25,999 nucleotides of DNA from Lama guanicoe (GCA_013239625.1 MU053416.1:377496-403494); one strand, 5' to 3'; numbered from the stretch's first letter, positions 1 to 11,625 are shown. The notes: generated from the sequence alone by a model not told the origin. Made by a program: numbers and translations.

Positions 1-138
1 TCTGAGGAGAAACTGTACCCCTGGCTTTGCTTCGGCTTCCCTTGTCTTCTGGCTGGTACTCACCAGGTCAACGCAACCCAGTGGGACCCACAGCCCACAG
101 CAAATTATGTACATTGGTCTCCTCTCCCCTCTCAGCAG

Positions 139-711
139 GGCCTGAAACATGAGTATCCCTGACTATGTGCAGTTTGCTGAGGACTACGAGACTCTCCCCA
201 TGGAGGTCCGACCCTTGGGGATCATCTCAGTGGAGGATTTCTTTTGTATCTATAAGCGAATCTCCTTGGTGAGCCAGGTCATCCCATGGGGCTCCCAGTG
301 GGCACTCTGTATCCACTACAGGCACCACTATGCACCCGAGAATGGGTGGAGCATCTTCCAGACCAACTGCAAGGTCGTGGGCCTTGTCACCATTACCGAC
401 TGCCTCTCGGCCAATGTCTTCGAGAAGCTCCACGTGCAAAGGAGCTGTATGGCACCATGCTTAATGACTCTCAGCTCTTTGTCTTTATGCTGCATGTGGA
501 GGTAGCCGAGCAGCCACGCACCGATGTGGCCTTCAATCTACGAGGACTTCAGGGTGGTGGAGAAGAGGATCGAGGACTTCACTGAGTCTCTCTTCATCAT
601 TCTCAAGTCCAAGTGGCTGGACAAGGCCGCTGACAATTCTGGGGACAAGATCCCCCTCCTCTGCATCCTGTTTGAGAAGGAGGACTTCATGGGACTGGAC
701 ATAGACAGCAG
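139..711 (+). pseudogene. TRAPPC9: TRAPPC9-like first coding exon with -1 and -5 frameshifts and a premature TAG
   Basis: Acceptor cctctcccctctcagcAG (AG 137-138), ATG 149, donor AG|GTAAGT at 712. Homology to human MSVPDYMQCAED...GLDTDSR runs in the frame of ORF 149 to about 438, switches to the frame of ORF 286 (KELYG...RTDVAF, about 439-534) and returns to the frame of ORF 524 from 539 (YED...DSR). In-frame TAG at 503-505. Confidence 0.93.
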
Positions 712-944
712 GTAAGTCTACCTGGAGGCCTGGGCACCCTGGCTGTGTGCCGGGTTTTTTTCCTACATCCGGAAATGAATCAGCAAGGAAGATGGCAGTC
801 TTGTAGCCAAGGGGGAGGGAGGTGCATCCTGCCAGTTTACAGAGATTTAAAAGTGGAACTGCCTTTGTTTCAGAGATCCTTTTAGGGTTAGTGTGGACAC
901 TTACTCCCGCTTTTCATCCAGGAACTTTTGTGGGACCCCTGGAG

Positions 945-1272
945 TTGCTGTCCAATAGAGTAGCCACAGCCACTGACGCTAGGAGCACTGGGGAGAAGGC
1001 TGGTCTTAGCTGAGATGTGCTGTAGGTCAAATGCACATCAGGTGCTAAGACTTGTCTAGTGAAAAGAATGTAATCTATGTTGTTACTTTCTATATTGATT
1101 ACATGTCAAAATGATAGTATTTTACATACAGTAGATTAAGTAATATCTGTTCTTAAAATCAGTTTCTAGTATTTGTGTGTTTTTTTGTTTGCTTGTTTGT
1201 TTACCATTTTAAATGTGGCAACTGGGAAACTTTCTTTACATGGCTCTCATTTCATTCCTGTTGGGTAGCCTG
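945..1272 (-). mobile_element. MER33-like hAT-Charlie non-autonomous DNA transposon
   Basis: Terminus gctgtccaatagagtagccacagccac, internal tgagatgtgctgtagg, tatattgattacatgt and ttttaaatgtggcaact, and opposite terminus ctgttgggtagcctg match the recalled MER33 consensus in reverse. Length about 330 bp. Confidence 0.8.
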
Positions 1273-4200
1273 TCCTGTGACAGCCTCATCCCTTTGCTTA
1301 TAGATGAGATGCTGAATCCCGTGATGCAGAATGAGGTGCTGGTTGAGCTGGGGGAGGAATCGGTGTCTCCTGCCTCCCAGGCCCAGCACCTGCACAGCTC
1401 AGGCCCTCTCTTCCTATCTGACAGCCACCCTGCCAAGTTAGGACATCAGAAACACCGCCAGAGACTTCTGAAAGAAGTCCTTACGCAGGTAAAGGCGTAT
1501 CACAGAGTATGGGACAGAGCAGGGAAAGGTTCATCCTCACTTTGTCCCTGTGATTAAGTCAACGTCCCCACTTTGCCTCAGAAGGGCAGATGAGCTCTTC
1601 TGGGCTGCCTACCCCTCCCACCTTCTGCTCTGTTTCCCTGTGTATCTATCGTGCTTTTCCTCGGGCAGAAGAGGGTGAGATGCCTTTGCCAAGATGCGGT
1701 CCCCCTTTGCTGGGGAGAGTGAGGGAAGCTGTGTCCCCCCTGCCTATGGCCTTGGGCCTTGAGTCTGGAGAGCGCTCAAGGTGGTCCCACAGGTGACGGT
1801 CGGGGGACCTGACATGTGCTGCCGTGCCCGCTGTTGAGGCGGTGCTCTGTGATTCCTGAACTTACCTAATATCAAATCCTACTTTCCGGTTGTTGGTAAG
1901 TTGGAGGAGAAGATGCCAGAGAATTGGTAAAAGAAAGTCCAGACCAGCCCTGTGAATGAGAGGCATAGGGGACCTGAGTCCCACCTGTATGTTGTGCCTG
2001 GCGGGCTTTTGATTAATTTTCAGTTCCTCCCCGGACATGTCTCTATGGTTTAAGGAAGGGGCAAGTCATGTCGTGGCCATGATCTGTAGTTGTCCACACA
2101 GGGCCCTGTGATCTACACGTCCGCACTCCCCTTCTGCTCCTTCTACACCGAGGCTGGCTCCGTTCACCTCACCTGTCACCTCCTGCTGAGCACCCAGGCA
2201 TTAGTCAAGGTAGGTACATCATTACAACGTAAGCAGGGGCCACCTTCTCCCCTTGGACAGACTGGTGGGTGAGCAGTGGAAGCCTGGATCCCTGCCCTAG
2301 CCCCCTGGCCAGTGCCTCCTTTTTTGTCATAGGAGGCACTGGTGACATTTTTGCTCAGCAACTGCTTGGCTCTGAGTCTGCAGACCCACCAGAGAATGCC
2401 AGCTTGTTTTTGCCTTTCGAAATCTGTCCTTGTGATTTGGCTGAGTACCTGGATATTTGCTTAGCCCGTAGTGGTTGACACTATCACCATTGTTCACCCA
2501 GAACCTCGTGTACCAGGCATGGCTCTCGGCATCAAAATACAGCAGCGCATTAAACCTCCCTCTCGGTGGGTCTGTCTGTTCTGGTACCATAAGGGCTCAG
2601 CCAGCATCTGAACGTGAGTGAGATAACGCGGCCAGTGAGCTCGGGTCAAGCACGTTCTTCTCCAGTCACTTTTACTCCACTGTTGCTTTTACAATTCCAC
2701 AGTCATTAATTTTTAAAACAATGCTTTGGTGCAGGAGCAGAGCCTAGCTGTCTCCCGCTAATCTTGGTGGGAGTGAGTAAAACTGTCCAGCCTGAAATGC
2801 TACCACATTTTGTATCTCAAAAGCTGTCTAGACGCATGTAAGTGGAGTTTTGGTTAGGGGCGCTGACCACGTTGGGGTCCCCCAGCAGCGCCGCTCCCCT
2901 CAGTCCCTTGCCTTCCCTGGAGCAGGAGGTGAGGTTGGGTCTCACCGTCCCCGCGTCCCTGGCCACACACACTCATGTAAATTCTTGTACATGCTGTCAA
3001 AGTCATTTTTGTTCCTGTGTGTTTCTAATTTTCTCTTGTTCCTCTTTTCCTTTTTCTTTATTCCTTTTTCTCTTGTACTGCCCTGTGAGTATGTTGTTGG
3101 GTCTGAAAAGGTGGGCTGTGCACACCCTGCATTGGAAATAGCCAGTTTGCCCTCCGTGCTGTCTCCATCACTTTAAAAAGCAAAAACTTAACAGCTGCCT
3201 TGATCCATGTATTATCCTAGTCATTTTTTATATTCTAATATTTTGGAATATTTGCTTTGTTAGCACATCACCCACTGGTGTTTGATACCTGTTAAAATCC
3301 TTGCTTTGAGGAACCTGTTTGGTCCTCATTATATTTGGTGACAAATGCGCCCTTATTAAATAAGTTTGATTGTTTTGAAGAAGTTAGATGCAAATTGATT
3401 TAGGTGGCTGCTGAGGGATACTTTTCATGGAATATTTAAAGTTGGAAAGTCAAAGTCTGCAGCATCTTGCTCTATTTCTGCTTTTACACAAACGTGCTCA
3501 TCACACGGTTCCTGGCTGTCGCTGTGCGATGTGCGTGATGGAGCTTCCTGGCCGGCGGTCACTGGTGAGGAAGTGGCAGGCTCGGGGGTGAGCAACTGCA
3601 GGTGACGCTGTTAGAGGAAACAGTCACCTTTTTGTCATTTTTTTTTTTTGCATTCAAATTCCCCGTGCCCTTTACTTTATTTTGTCTTCATAAAGGGGCA
3701 GAAGCGGGTCTAAAATCCATGCCACTCTTTTGTTCCCTTTATGAGGCTGGTTTTTCTGAGTATCAGAACAACATGGCCTTCTCCTAAGAAGCTTGGTCAC
3801 CTGTGTCTGGTGGACACAGGGACTGCTAAAGGGGACCATGGCTTCCTCTCTGCCTCAGCCAGTGGGCATTAAGTGCCGGGTCTATGGTTTGCCTCAGCAG
3901 CCGTGCAGGCCTCCCTGCACTGGCCATTGTTTTTAACGCATGTTGTCAGTAAATAGCTGACTCTGTGTCTGTCGCAGCTGACGTCCACCACTGACGGCCG
4001 TGTCATTAGTTTGCAGTAGTGAGTCTCCAACACCCCAGTCAGCCGTGAAGGAAGATGCTTTGGTCAGCCTAGGACCTTGCATTCTCACCCCCAACCTGGT
4101 TCATCTCAGTCGGAGGAAGGACAAAAATGCTAACCATGAGGCCTTGTTTCTCCTTTCATGCTGTGGTCCAAATGTGGACACTTCATTTTTCACTGACTTG

Positions 4201-4670
4201 GTCTCCTTGAGACAGGCCAGACTTTCTGAAAGGGTCCATCACATTCTGGGTGGGGAACAGAACAGAATTGTCACAAGTAGAAGGAGTCTAGGCTCTCCGG
4301 GTTGGCAAATGCAGGCTGGGATCTGTGATGGCAGGGCTGTGCCCTGCAAACAGGTAATTCCCTTGGCTCCCGAGAGCCCAGGGGTCGGAGTGAGAGCAGC
4401 CTTGCCTGGGTTCCTCCATCCTCATCTGCTCACTGGAAGGTGTGGCTGCTAATTAGCTGCTCCCCCAGACTTCGGGTCCTTCAAACCTCAGACCACAGGA
4501 GAAGCTTGAGACAAAGGAGAAGCCTCCTTTGTGAGAATCCAGTCTCTTCTGAGGTGGCCGGTGGCAGGAGATGCCTCCCCCTCCAGGGAGAACCTTTCGG
4601 AGGACTGTGGCTCACTTCACCATGCTGTGAGCTTGTAGGGTTCCGGCTGTGGTCCCTGCAGAACCAGACT

Positions 4671-5230
4671 TGAGATGGGCTTAGTGATGGAAATAACAGG
4701 ACTGATTCCAGGGCCGGGCTGGGGGGGAGGGAACAGGAGAAATTGAATGTGACCTCAAACACCTAGGTGGGTGCTGGGGCTGTTACTAAAATGGGGAGCC
4801 TGGGAGGTACCTGCCAGGAATCGAATTCCAGAGTAAATGGTGGACATGAGGCATTTTTAAGATGCCATTTTTCATCCAAGTTAGGACTTCAAAGAGGCAC
4901 TCGGGTCTATGAGCCTGGGGCTCAGGTGAAGGAGCCAGACTAGAGATATACGTTGGGAGCCATCATTCTTAGCTGGTGTTCACAGCCTTGCATGTGGATT
5001 AGCTCATCTCGAGGGGTGCAGAATAAGGCTGAGGGGGGGCAGGGCTGTGCCTGGGTTGGAGGAAAGCCCAGACCATGCAGCTTTGGTGTGTCAGTCAGCG
5101 GCGTTTGTGATTTTCAGAGCAATGCCATTTATCCTTAAGGGGCCAGAGGATGGGCAGGACCAGCCAGGAAGAAATCTGAAGGGAGAGTCATGGCCACGTG
5201 TGTCTCTTGGGAAGATGCAGAGGCTGCAAT
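4671..5230 (-). mobile_element. L2 LINE fragment
   Basis: Purine-rich stretch with antisense L2 motifs (ggacatgag...agatgcc...catccaagt; gagcctggggctcagg...gactagagatatacgttgggagccatc). Confidence 0.65.
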
Positions 5231-6550
5231 GTCCGGGAGGGTAGACACCTCATAAGCTAGAGTTGGAGTAGGGAGAAGGTAGTCACTATCACCTGTGAGG
5301 GAGGGCAGGGGGCCTAGGGAGTCCCCACACTACCGGACTCTATTTCCCATGAACAGAAGGCAATAAGACAGAGGATCTGAGGTGAGAAGGGTTGGGCGCT
5401 GGGAGGGGGCCAACCTGGAGAATGGTGCTTGGAAAGTTTTTGAAGAGTCTCCCTGGATAATAGAGATAAAAAAACCCAGACTCTTAAGAATATTGATTGT
5501 AATTAGGGTGGAGGCAGTTGTTTTTCTGGCCTCCTAAGGTTAAGGCATGCATCCAGGAATACACAGAAGATTCAGGCAGTCTGTTCTGGGGCTTGACCCT
5601 TACCAGGGGGAACAGAGCAAGTTTAAAGGGGGAGAAGGGCAGCGGAGGGAAACTAGCCAGGCCCCGTGTCAGGTACCAGTCGGCCGCCCTTCTTGCGTGT
5701 TGCCTTCACATCCATGCCTCCCAGGTGGGCGGTGGCAGCCCCCTTTTGCAGATTGGGAAGCCTTCTCAGAGAGGTTAAGGAATTGGTCCATTTACAGGCT
5801 AGTAAATGGTGTAGCAGGAGTCAAGCAGGGTCTTGTCAGACTTCAAGGGCGTGTTTTCTCTACCAATTCCTGTACCTCAATGTTCTACGTGGAATGGTGA
5901 AGCGGGTCAATTTTGGATCCTTTCTGAAAAAGTGCGATTTAAGTGCCTCAGGACTGTTTCACAAAGCTCAGTGTTCTTTGATGGTTCGGAAGCACCGCAG
6001 TGCTTTATGCCCCACAGATGTAAGGTTTTACTCCTTTGATGATGACGTGGTTGCAAATGAGGTACAGGTGCAAAACCAGACTCAGCAGCTTCTGAAGGGA
6101 AATGCTCCAGTTCTCCCTTGATAGACTTTCTTCCAGGGGATGTAACTGTGCTGCAGTGTAGGCCTGAGATTTCCATATGGAGTGAGGGTTTGCTATCCAA
6201 ATTTAGCATAAAATGGTCAGATGAAGAAAATCGACGTTGACAATTTATTTTTGGGTTTCATTAGACAAGATATACTATCAGTTAATGGCCCATATAGTGA
6301 ATGAAATTGAGTACAGAACATTGCATTTGTTACTTTCTATTTAGAGTTCTCTTACAGCATAAAGTTGCCTGCTTTCAAACATCAGCTCCACCACCAGGGC
6401 ATCTGTCAGGGTGTTGTTGTGATTGCATTTACACAGTGAATGTAACCTGGGCTTTCTTAGCCCCAAACACTCCAGTGCAGAATCAAGGGCTGTAGCCATC
6501 TCTTAGTCACGCAAATACTTCTAAAATTATATGATTCCAGAAAAGGAAGA

Positions 6551-6565
6551 AGAGAGAGAGAGAGA
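6551..6565. repeat. (AG)7 microsatellite
   Basis: agagagagagagaga read directly. Confidence 0.85.
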
Positions 6566-6954
6566 TTGCCTTTATCAAAGTTCCTTTCAATTCTAACTGC
6601 AAACTGTTGTTGAGCAACTCTAGTTTCCTTTGGATATGAATATATACATTTCTTTGCATGTAACCTTGGGTTTGGACTAGAACACCAAGCTCTTGCTGTC
6701 CACAAGCCACAAAAATAGTAGCCAAATTGCACACGTGTGAAATATTGTATTATTTTTTCTGAGAAAGAATCCTTGAATTTGGGACTTGGGCTGTGATTTT
6801 TGCTTTTTGCTTCTCCCACCCCTCTTGTAATCTCTCACTCCTTCCCACGTGGCCCCCAAGAGTTCATGGTCTCAAAAGAGCGGACAAACACCCAGTTGGT
6901 CACCATGCACTCCTGCTATAGTTGGAGCCCTGCCAAGACCTAAAGGACAGTATC

Positions 6955-7730
6955 AGAGAGGACTTCCTGGAAGAAATGGGCTCTACATCCAGTTCTGAGG
7001 ACAGAGTAAGTGTCAGCCAGGAGAAGGAATCAAGAGGGTGGCTCATGTGACATGTGCAGCCCGGGCAGAGGCCTGGAGGCTTGTGGGTGGGGACTCAGGG
7101 AGAGTGCCTTGTTTGGTCCAGGGTGGAGTGTGCCCTGCTGGGGAGGACACTGGATAGGGCCTGGTGTGGAGGGATTTGGAGGAGCTTGGGTTTTACTAGA
7201 ACTGACACAGGAGGCAGTGAAGGGTGTCAGCTGTATGTGACCCTCAGGGAAGGTACTCCTGGTTTTGCTTCTGATGTTCTACAGAAAGAATGGTCGGGAT
7301 GGGCGAGAGAAGGTCTGTCAGTCCCTTTGAGACCCACCTCGTCATTCATTTATTCATAAAAAGCACACTTCTCAGTGTTTAGGGGAGAGAGGGTGGACCC
7401 ACATTAGTAAGCAAAATGTATTTGCTTCTTGGGCGCTTACCAGTGTCAGAAGTTGACTTAGCCTAGAATGTTCTAGGAACAGTGGAACAAATTGCAGAGG
7501 GTGGAGGGAGGGAAGGCTTCCTTGTGGAACAGTCAAAATGAGCCTGGAGGCAAGTGGGAAGTAGTAGCAGGTAAGGGGGCCCCTGAGGTCACTGGGGACC
7601 TGGGTACTGAGGTGAGGCTGGGTGAGCAGGGTCAGGGTCAGGTGGGTCTAGAACTCTACCAGGGAGACTCTGAAGTGTTTGAAGTGGGGTGATGTGATCA
7701 AATTTGTGCTTTGGGAAGGCTGCCCTGGCT
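6955..7730 (-). mobile_element. L2 LINE fragments (probably two pieces)
   Basis: gaggacttcctggaagaaatgg, antisense L2 tail cattcatttattca at about 7343, and ggggtgatgtgatcaaatttgtgctttgggaaggctgccctggct are typical antisense L2 3' motifs. Confidence 0.55.
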
Positions 7731-7731
7731 C

Positions 7732-7770
7732 TGTGTGTGTGTGTGTGTGTGTGAGTGTATGTATGTGTGT
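7732..7770. repeat. (TG)n microsatellite
   Basis: 11 perfect TG units at 7732-7753, imperfect to 7770. Confidence 0.95.
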
Positions 7771-8898
7771 AACAGGGAAGAGGGGGAGGGTGCCACCAAC
7801 TGGAGGGGTTATTAGAAGACCATTCAGAGGCTGGCAGGTGACCAGTGGGACAGGAGCATCTGGGCTGCTTGGGGACGGCAGGGGCAGTGTGGATGCTGGA
7901 TTTCCTTATGGGTAGGGCTTGTTAGTGGGACCGCCCTAGCTTGTGGCTGGAAGAAAACAGATGGAGGCCGCCAGGTGGACTTTCCTCTTCTCTCCTTCCC
8001 TGCCTTGTGTGATGATCTTAGCTCAGCCAACATTTGGAACAGAAGAGCTAAGTTCCAGGGTAGCCCAGGACTTTGTTGAGCTCGTTCGTGTGAGATCTGA
8101 TAGGATTTAGGTTTGTGTTCAGATCTGCATGTTCACTTAGCTAGAAACGTCCTGCCTTTTGGATTTCCATAGGGGTTTTTATTCTTGATAAAGATTGCCT
8201 TCTTGGTGAGAGAAAATTTAATATAGCTGTTGTCTTTCTCAAAAAATCATATCTTTTAAGAACTTTAATATTCAAAAGAATAGGAATATTTAAAAATGAT
8301 AAAGTAAGGCTTTGGTGTAGTTTCTTTGGTTTCTGAGTAAATGTGGAATTAGAGCTTTGCATTACTTATTAGCACACCCATGTCAGTATTTAAAGAGCTG
8401 TTAGTGAACGCCCCAGGCTCCACCTCTCAAAGCATCACTAAAGCTTGCTCTGAAATAGTGAAGTCATAAAGATCTTGTTTGCAGAAGCCAAACAGTTGGT
8501 TTATAATATGCAGCATAGCTCCCTTTATAAAATAATAATAGGTTCAAAATTAAGAAAGTGGAATATAATTAATTTTTTTAAAACTGAAACAAACTTTCTT
8601 GTGCTAATGTTGCAACTGGAAATTTTGAAATTTCTGTAATATCATCTACGTGGAATACATATATCCCTTTCACGTTTGAATAGTAACTATGCAGTGGTTT
8701 TTGAAGCCAGGAGCATTGCAGCTCAGATACTGGCAGTGATGGTTGCTGGTTTTCAGTGGAAGAGCCTAAATTTGCCTTCTTAGCTTGTTTTTTTGTAGTG
8801 AGAGAATTGCGTAGGGCTTTGCCAGCATGATTTTGGGGCAATTTTTGGGAAGATATCGTGCACCAGCAGTGAGATATTTCCATGCATTTTATTTTCAG

Positions 8899-9020
8899 AA
8901 CATCACCAGGGCACATGTGGGGTTTGTGCCTGCAGGCTGGGATGCTGCAGGACTCCCTGATCCATCACCGTTATGTCCTGGAGCTGCTCCGGTCAGTGCA
9001 TGACTTTCTGTGGCTTGGAG
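8899..9020 (+). pseudogene. TRAPPC9: TRAPPC9-like second coding exon, 122 nt, open frame, about 8 codons shorter at its 5' end
   Basis: ttttattttcAG acceptor (8897-8898) and GAG|GTAAGG donor (9021). Translates [40 protein letters not shown] versus recalled human [48 protein letters not shown]. Confidence 0.93.
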
Positions 9021-9357
9021 GTAAGGTGGTCTGATGCAGATGATCACATGTGTAGTTAAAGTGCTACTACTTGAAATAAGAGAAACCTAGAAACATGGCT
9101 CCAAAAGTACAGGATGAAGGAGGAGAATTGGCTGAGCTGCTTGCAGTGGGGAGTCTTCTCAGGGGACTCCCTCACCATGATTCCTGCCAATATCCGCCCC
9201 AGCCCTACACGGTAGTCCTGCCGAAGCAAGCATGCACTTTGTTAAGAAACGCACTGAATTTCCTTGTGCCTCTGTTTGTTTGCTTTTTTTAAAGCACATT
9301 TTGCCTTTTCTTAAATGCCATCCCTGCTAGTCACCTCTTACACTCATTCTTCTGGAC

Positions 9358-9905
9358 CTCGTCCATGCATAGCTGCTGAATGGATGAACAGAATGTAGTA
9401 TCTTCATGTAGTGGAACATTATTCAGACGTAAGAGTGAATAAAAAAGAAATAAATAAATAAAGGGGAAGATAAAAAAGGCCACCTGCTCTGGGAAGTCCA
9501 CACTGACTGCTCAACCAGCCCTTTTCCCTTTGAAACCCAATCTCTTATACTCCAGTCTACCCTTTTGATAGTACTTACCACCTTCTAATAAACTTTAACG
9601 TTTTCAGAAAACAAAAGTGAGAGATGCTGATACCACGTCAACATGGACGAGCCTTGATAACAGCATGTTGAGTGAAAGGAACCAGACACAAAAGGCCACA
9701 TATTGTTGATTTCAGTGATCTGAAATGCCCAGAATAGGCACATGCAGAGGCAGAGAGCAGGTGATGGTTGCAAGGGGCTGGGTGGAGGGGGGTTAGGGAG
9801 TGACTGTTAGTGACAGGGGGTTTCTTCTGGGGTGATGAAGTATTCTGGAAATAGATGGTGGTGAGGGCTGCACAGCCGAGAGTGTGCAGAAGCCTGCTGA
9901 GCGCT
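9358..9905 (+). mobile_element. L1MB-type LINE-1 3' end, interrupted by an insertion at 9439-9612
   Basis: gaatggatgaacagaatgtagtat...ttattcag, then caacatggacgagccttga...ccagacacaaaaggccacatattg...ccagaataggc...tctggggtgatgaa, colinear with the recalled L1MB 3'UTR. Confidence 0.85.
9439..9612 (+). mobile_element. Retroposed insert, probable 3' transduction
   Basis: Flanked by aagagtga (9431-9438) and aaaagtga (9613-9620). A-rich 5' tract, AATAAA at 9587-9592, short A-rich tail. Confidence 0.6.
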
Positions 9906-10474
9906 GTCTCTGGGAGTGCCTGTTGTTGGGGCGCTTTATTTTGTTCTCACCCTGCAATGTGAAGAGTCATCTTGTGCTGTGGCCATTCTACTCCTGTGAG
10001 TGGTGAGGCTCAGAGACTTTGCAGAGTCATGTTTCTTTTCCCCCTTGCTGAGTGTAGGCAAAAAAGGTTTAAGCCTGAGAAATTGCTCCATCTGCAGAAA
10101 TGTTTTTCAGTTTTGCATGGTGTAAAAATCTTGAGTGCTTTTTAATCATTGAGGACAGTCTGTGGGGGGAAATAGCCCTTGAAGCCTGGGAGAGACCCGT
10201 AAGAGCCACGCTTCCTTCCCTGACACGGGTGAGGATTTCACCCCCGTTTAGGCAGTAAAGGGCCCAAACCCGTGAACGGAGTTGACAATCGTGAATATTT
10301 ACATGTATGCGCTGCTTCAACATGGATATTAAATTCAAGCTGAGTCAGCTTGTGGCAGCAGCCTCATCCTACATCAGGAATTTATAGTATCTGCTCTTTG
10401 AGGTGAAGACCAGACAGACTTGATAATTTAACAGTTTCTCTTGAATTCATATCTCAGATTCCTTTGTTGAAAGC

Positions 10475-11033
10475 TGTCGGAGCCAGCCGACAATCGATCA
10501 GGTCCAGAAACCTGTGCTGCAGGACTGAGAAAAGAAAGACAAGACTAAAAGATGGGGTTGAGAGGGTCTCACTCTAAGCCCGCAAGACGCTAAGCCAAGA
10601 ATGGACCTTGCGTTTATTTTCAGCAGTTAATTTATAGAATTTCAACTAGCTACCTTGTGCATTCCTGCACGTAGGCATAGGTATTGTTTTAGGGCTCATT
10701 AACTCGTTTATTGTCTATAGATTAACATTGTTTATAGTACCCATACAATAAAGTTAATGTTCCCGCATACGAAGCTCACTAACTAAGATAATTATTCAAG
10801 TAAACTGAGATCACTAACTTGTATGCTGATTGTATCTCTCTGTTCTAAGGTCATCAGTGACTTAATAGCTCTGGATGTTCCTAGAGCTTTAGAACACCTG
10901 GTGCATTCTTCAAAGGGGTGGCGGGACAGAGATTGTCTTTGCTAGATCAATCTCAGAGCCTGACCCCAGCACTTTTGGATTTTCCGTCCCGTTCTGTGCT
11001 CGGCAGTCCTCAGGTCATGAGTGGCTCCCCGTA
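10475..11033 (-). mobile_element. Solo LTR, betaretrovirus-like (ERV2/ERVK class), 559 bp
   Basis: Perfect 6-bp TSD GAAAGC (10469-10474 and 11034-11039). Ends TG...TA (CA mutated) with an imperfect terminal inverted repeat sharing GGAGCCA. On the minus strand TATAAA (10636-10631) is closely followed by AATAAA (10618-10613). Confidence 0.85.
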
Positions 11034-11075
11034 GAAAGCAAAACAGCAGAAATACAGACGTCCTTTAATGCCAAT

Positions 11076-11200
11076 GTGACCTGAACGGGTTTAGTCTCTG
11101 TGCCTCAATGGCCTTATCTGCAAGTGGGGAAGATGATAACAGTGCTTCCCTCAGGGGGGCTGGTGAGGGGGGAGTGAGAAGCACAAATGGAGGACTTACA
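11076..11200 (+). mobile_element. MIR SINE fragment
   Basis: tctctgtgcctcaatggccttatctgcaagtggggaagatgataacagtgcttccctcaggg matches the MIR core. Confidence 0.75.
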
Positions 11201-11543
11201 CGAGATGATCATGAATGACCAAATTTAGTGCTCTCAGCTTGGTGAGGCCTCAGGGGAAGAGATGTCAGAACAGAGCAGTCCTAGCCAGAGCTCGATCCAT
11301 ATTGGCAGCTGTTATGATCAGTATCACCACTGTGGGTTATCAGGTAGTTTTAAGACTTGGTAATATCAATTCATGTATAATTTTAAAAGACTAAACATCT
11401 CAGATCCAGTTTACATAGTTCTCAAGAATTCCTCTGAGAAATGGATGTTTTATTCCCCATCTTAAATCCGAGTTGAGTCTCTAAAAAATTTCTGTATTCC
11501 TCCATCTTTTTGCTTTAATTCTCCATTTCTTAAAAAAAAAAGG

Positions 11544-11625
11544 TTTTAAATGGAGTTACTGAGGACTGAACTGAGGCCGAATGCATCTAAGCACATAATC
11601 TTCCAAATGAGGTATAATCTCCCCC
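11544..11625 (-). mobile_element. tRNA-derived SINE, Vic-1-like, diverged
   Basis: Reverse complement GGGGAGATTATACCTCATTTGGAAG...GTGCTTAGATGCA...GTTCAGTCCTCAGTAACTCCA resembles the recalled camelid Vic-1 head and the copy at 16674-16769. Confidence 0.6.

Noticed and set aside
431..445. Programmed ribosomal frameshift at the first frame change
   Set aside because: No X XXY YYZ slippery heptamer is present. A 1-nt deletion from CAG AAG explains it, and a second shift would still be required.
149..715. ORFs 149-505, 286-585 and 524-715 as separate genes or as an intact TRAPPC9 CDS
   Set aside because: They are consecutive frame pieces of one frameshifted exon. The stop at 713-715 lies inside the splice donor.
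822..8362. Numerous 60-150 aa ORFs in the first intron
   Set aside because: No recognisable homology, many use non-ATG starts, several overlap L2 or microsatellite sequence, and such ORFs are expected by chance in GC-rich DNA.
10475..10492. Hairpin TGTCGG-agccag-CCGACA
   Set aside because: It is a 6-bp stem at the LTR terminus, part of the LTR and too short to call an RNA structure.
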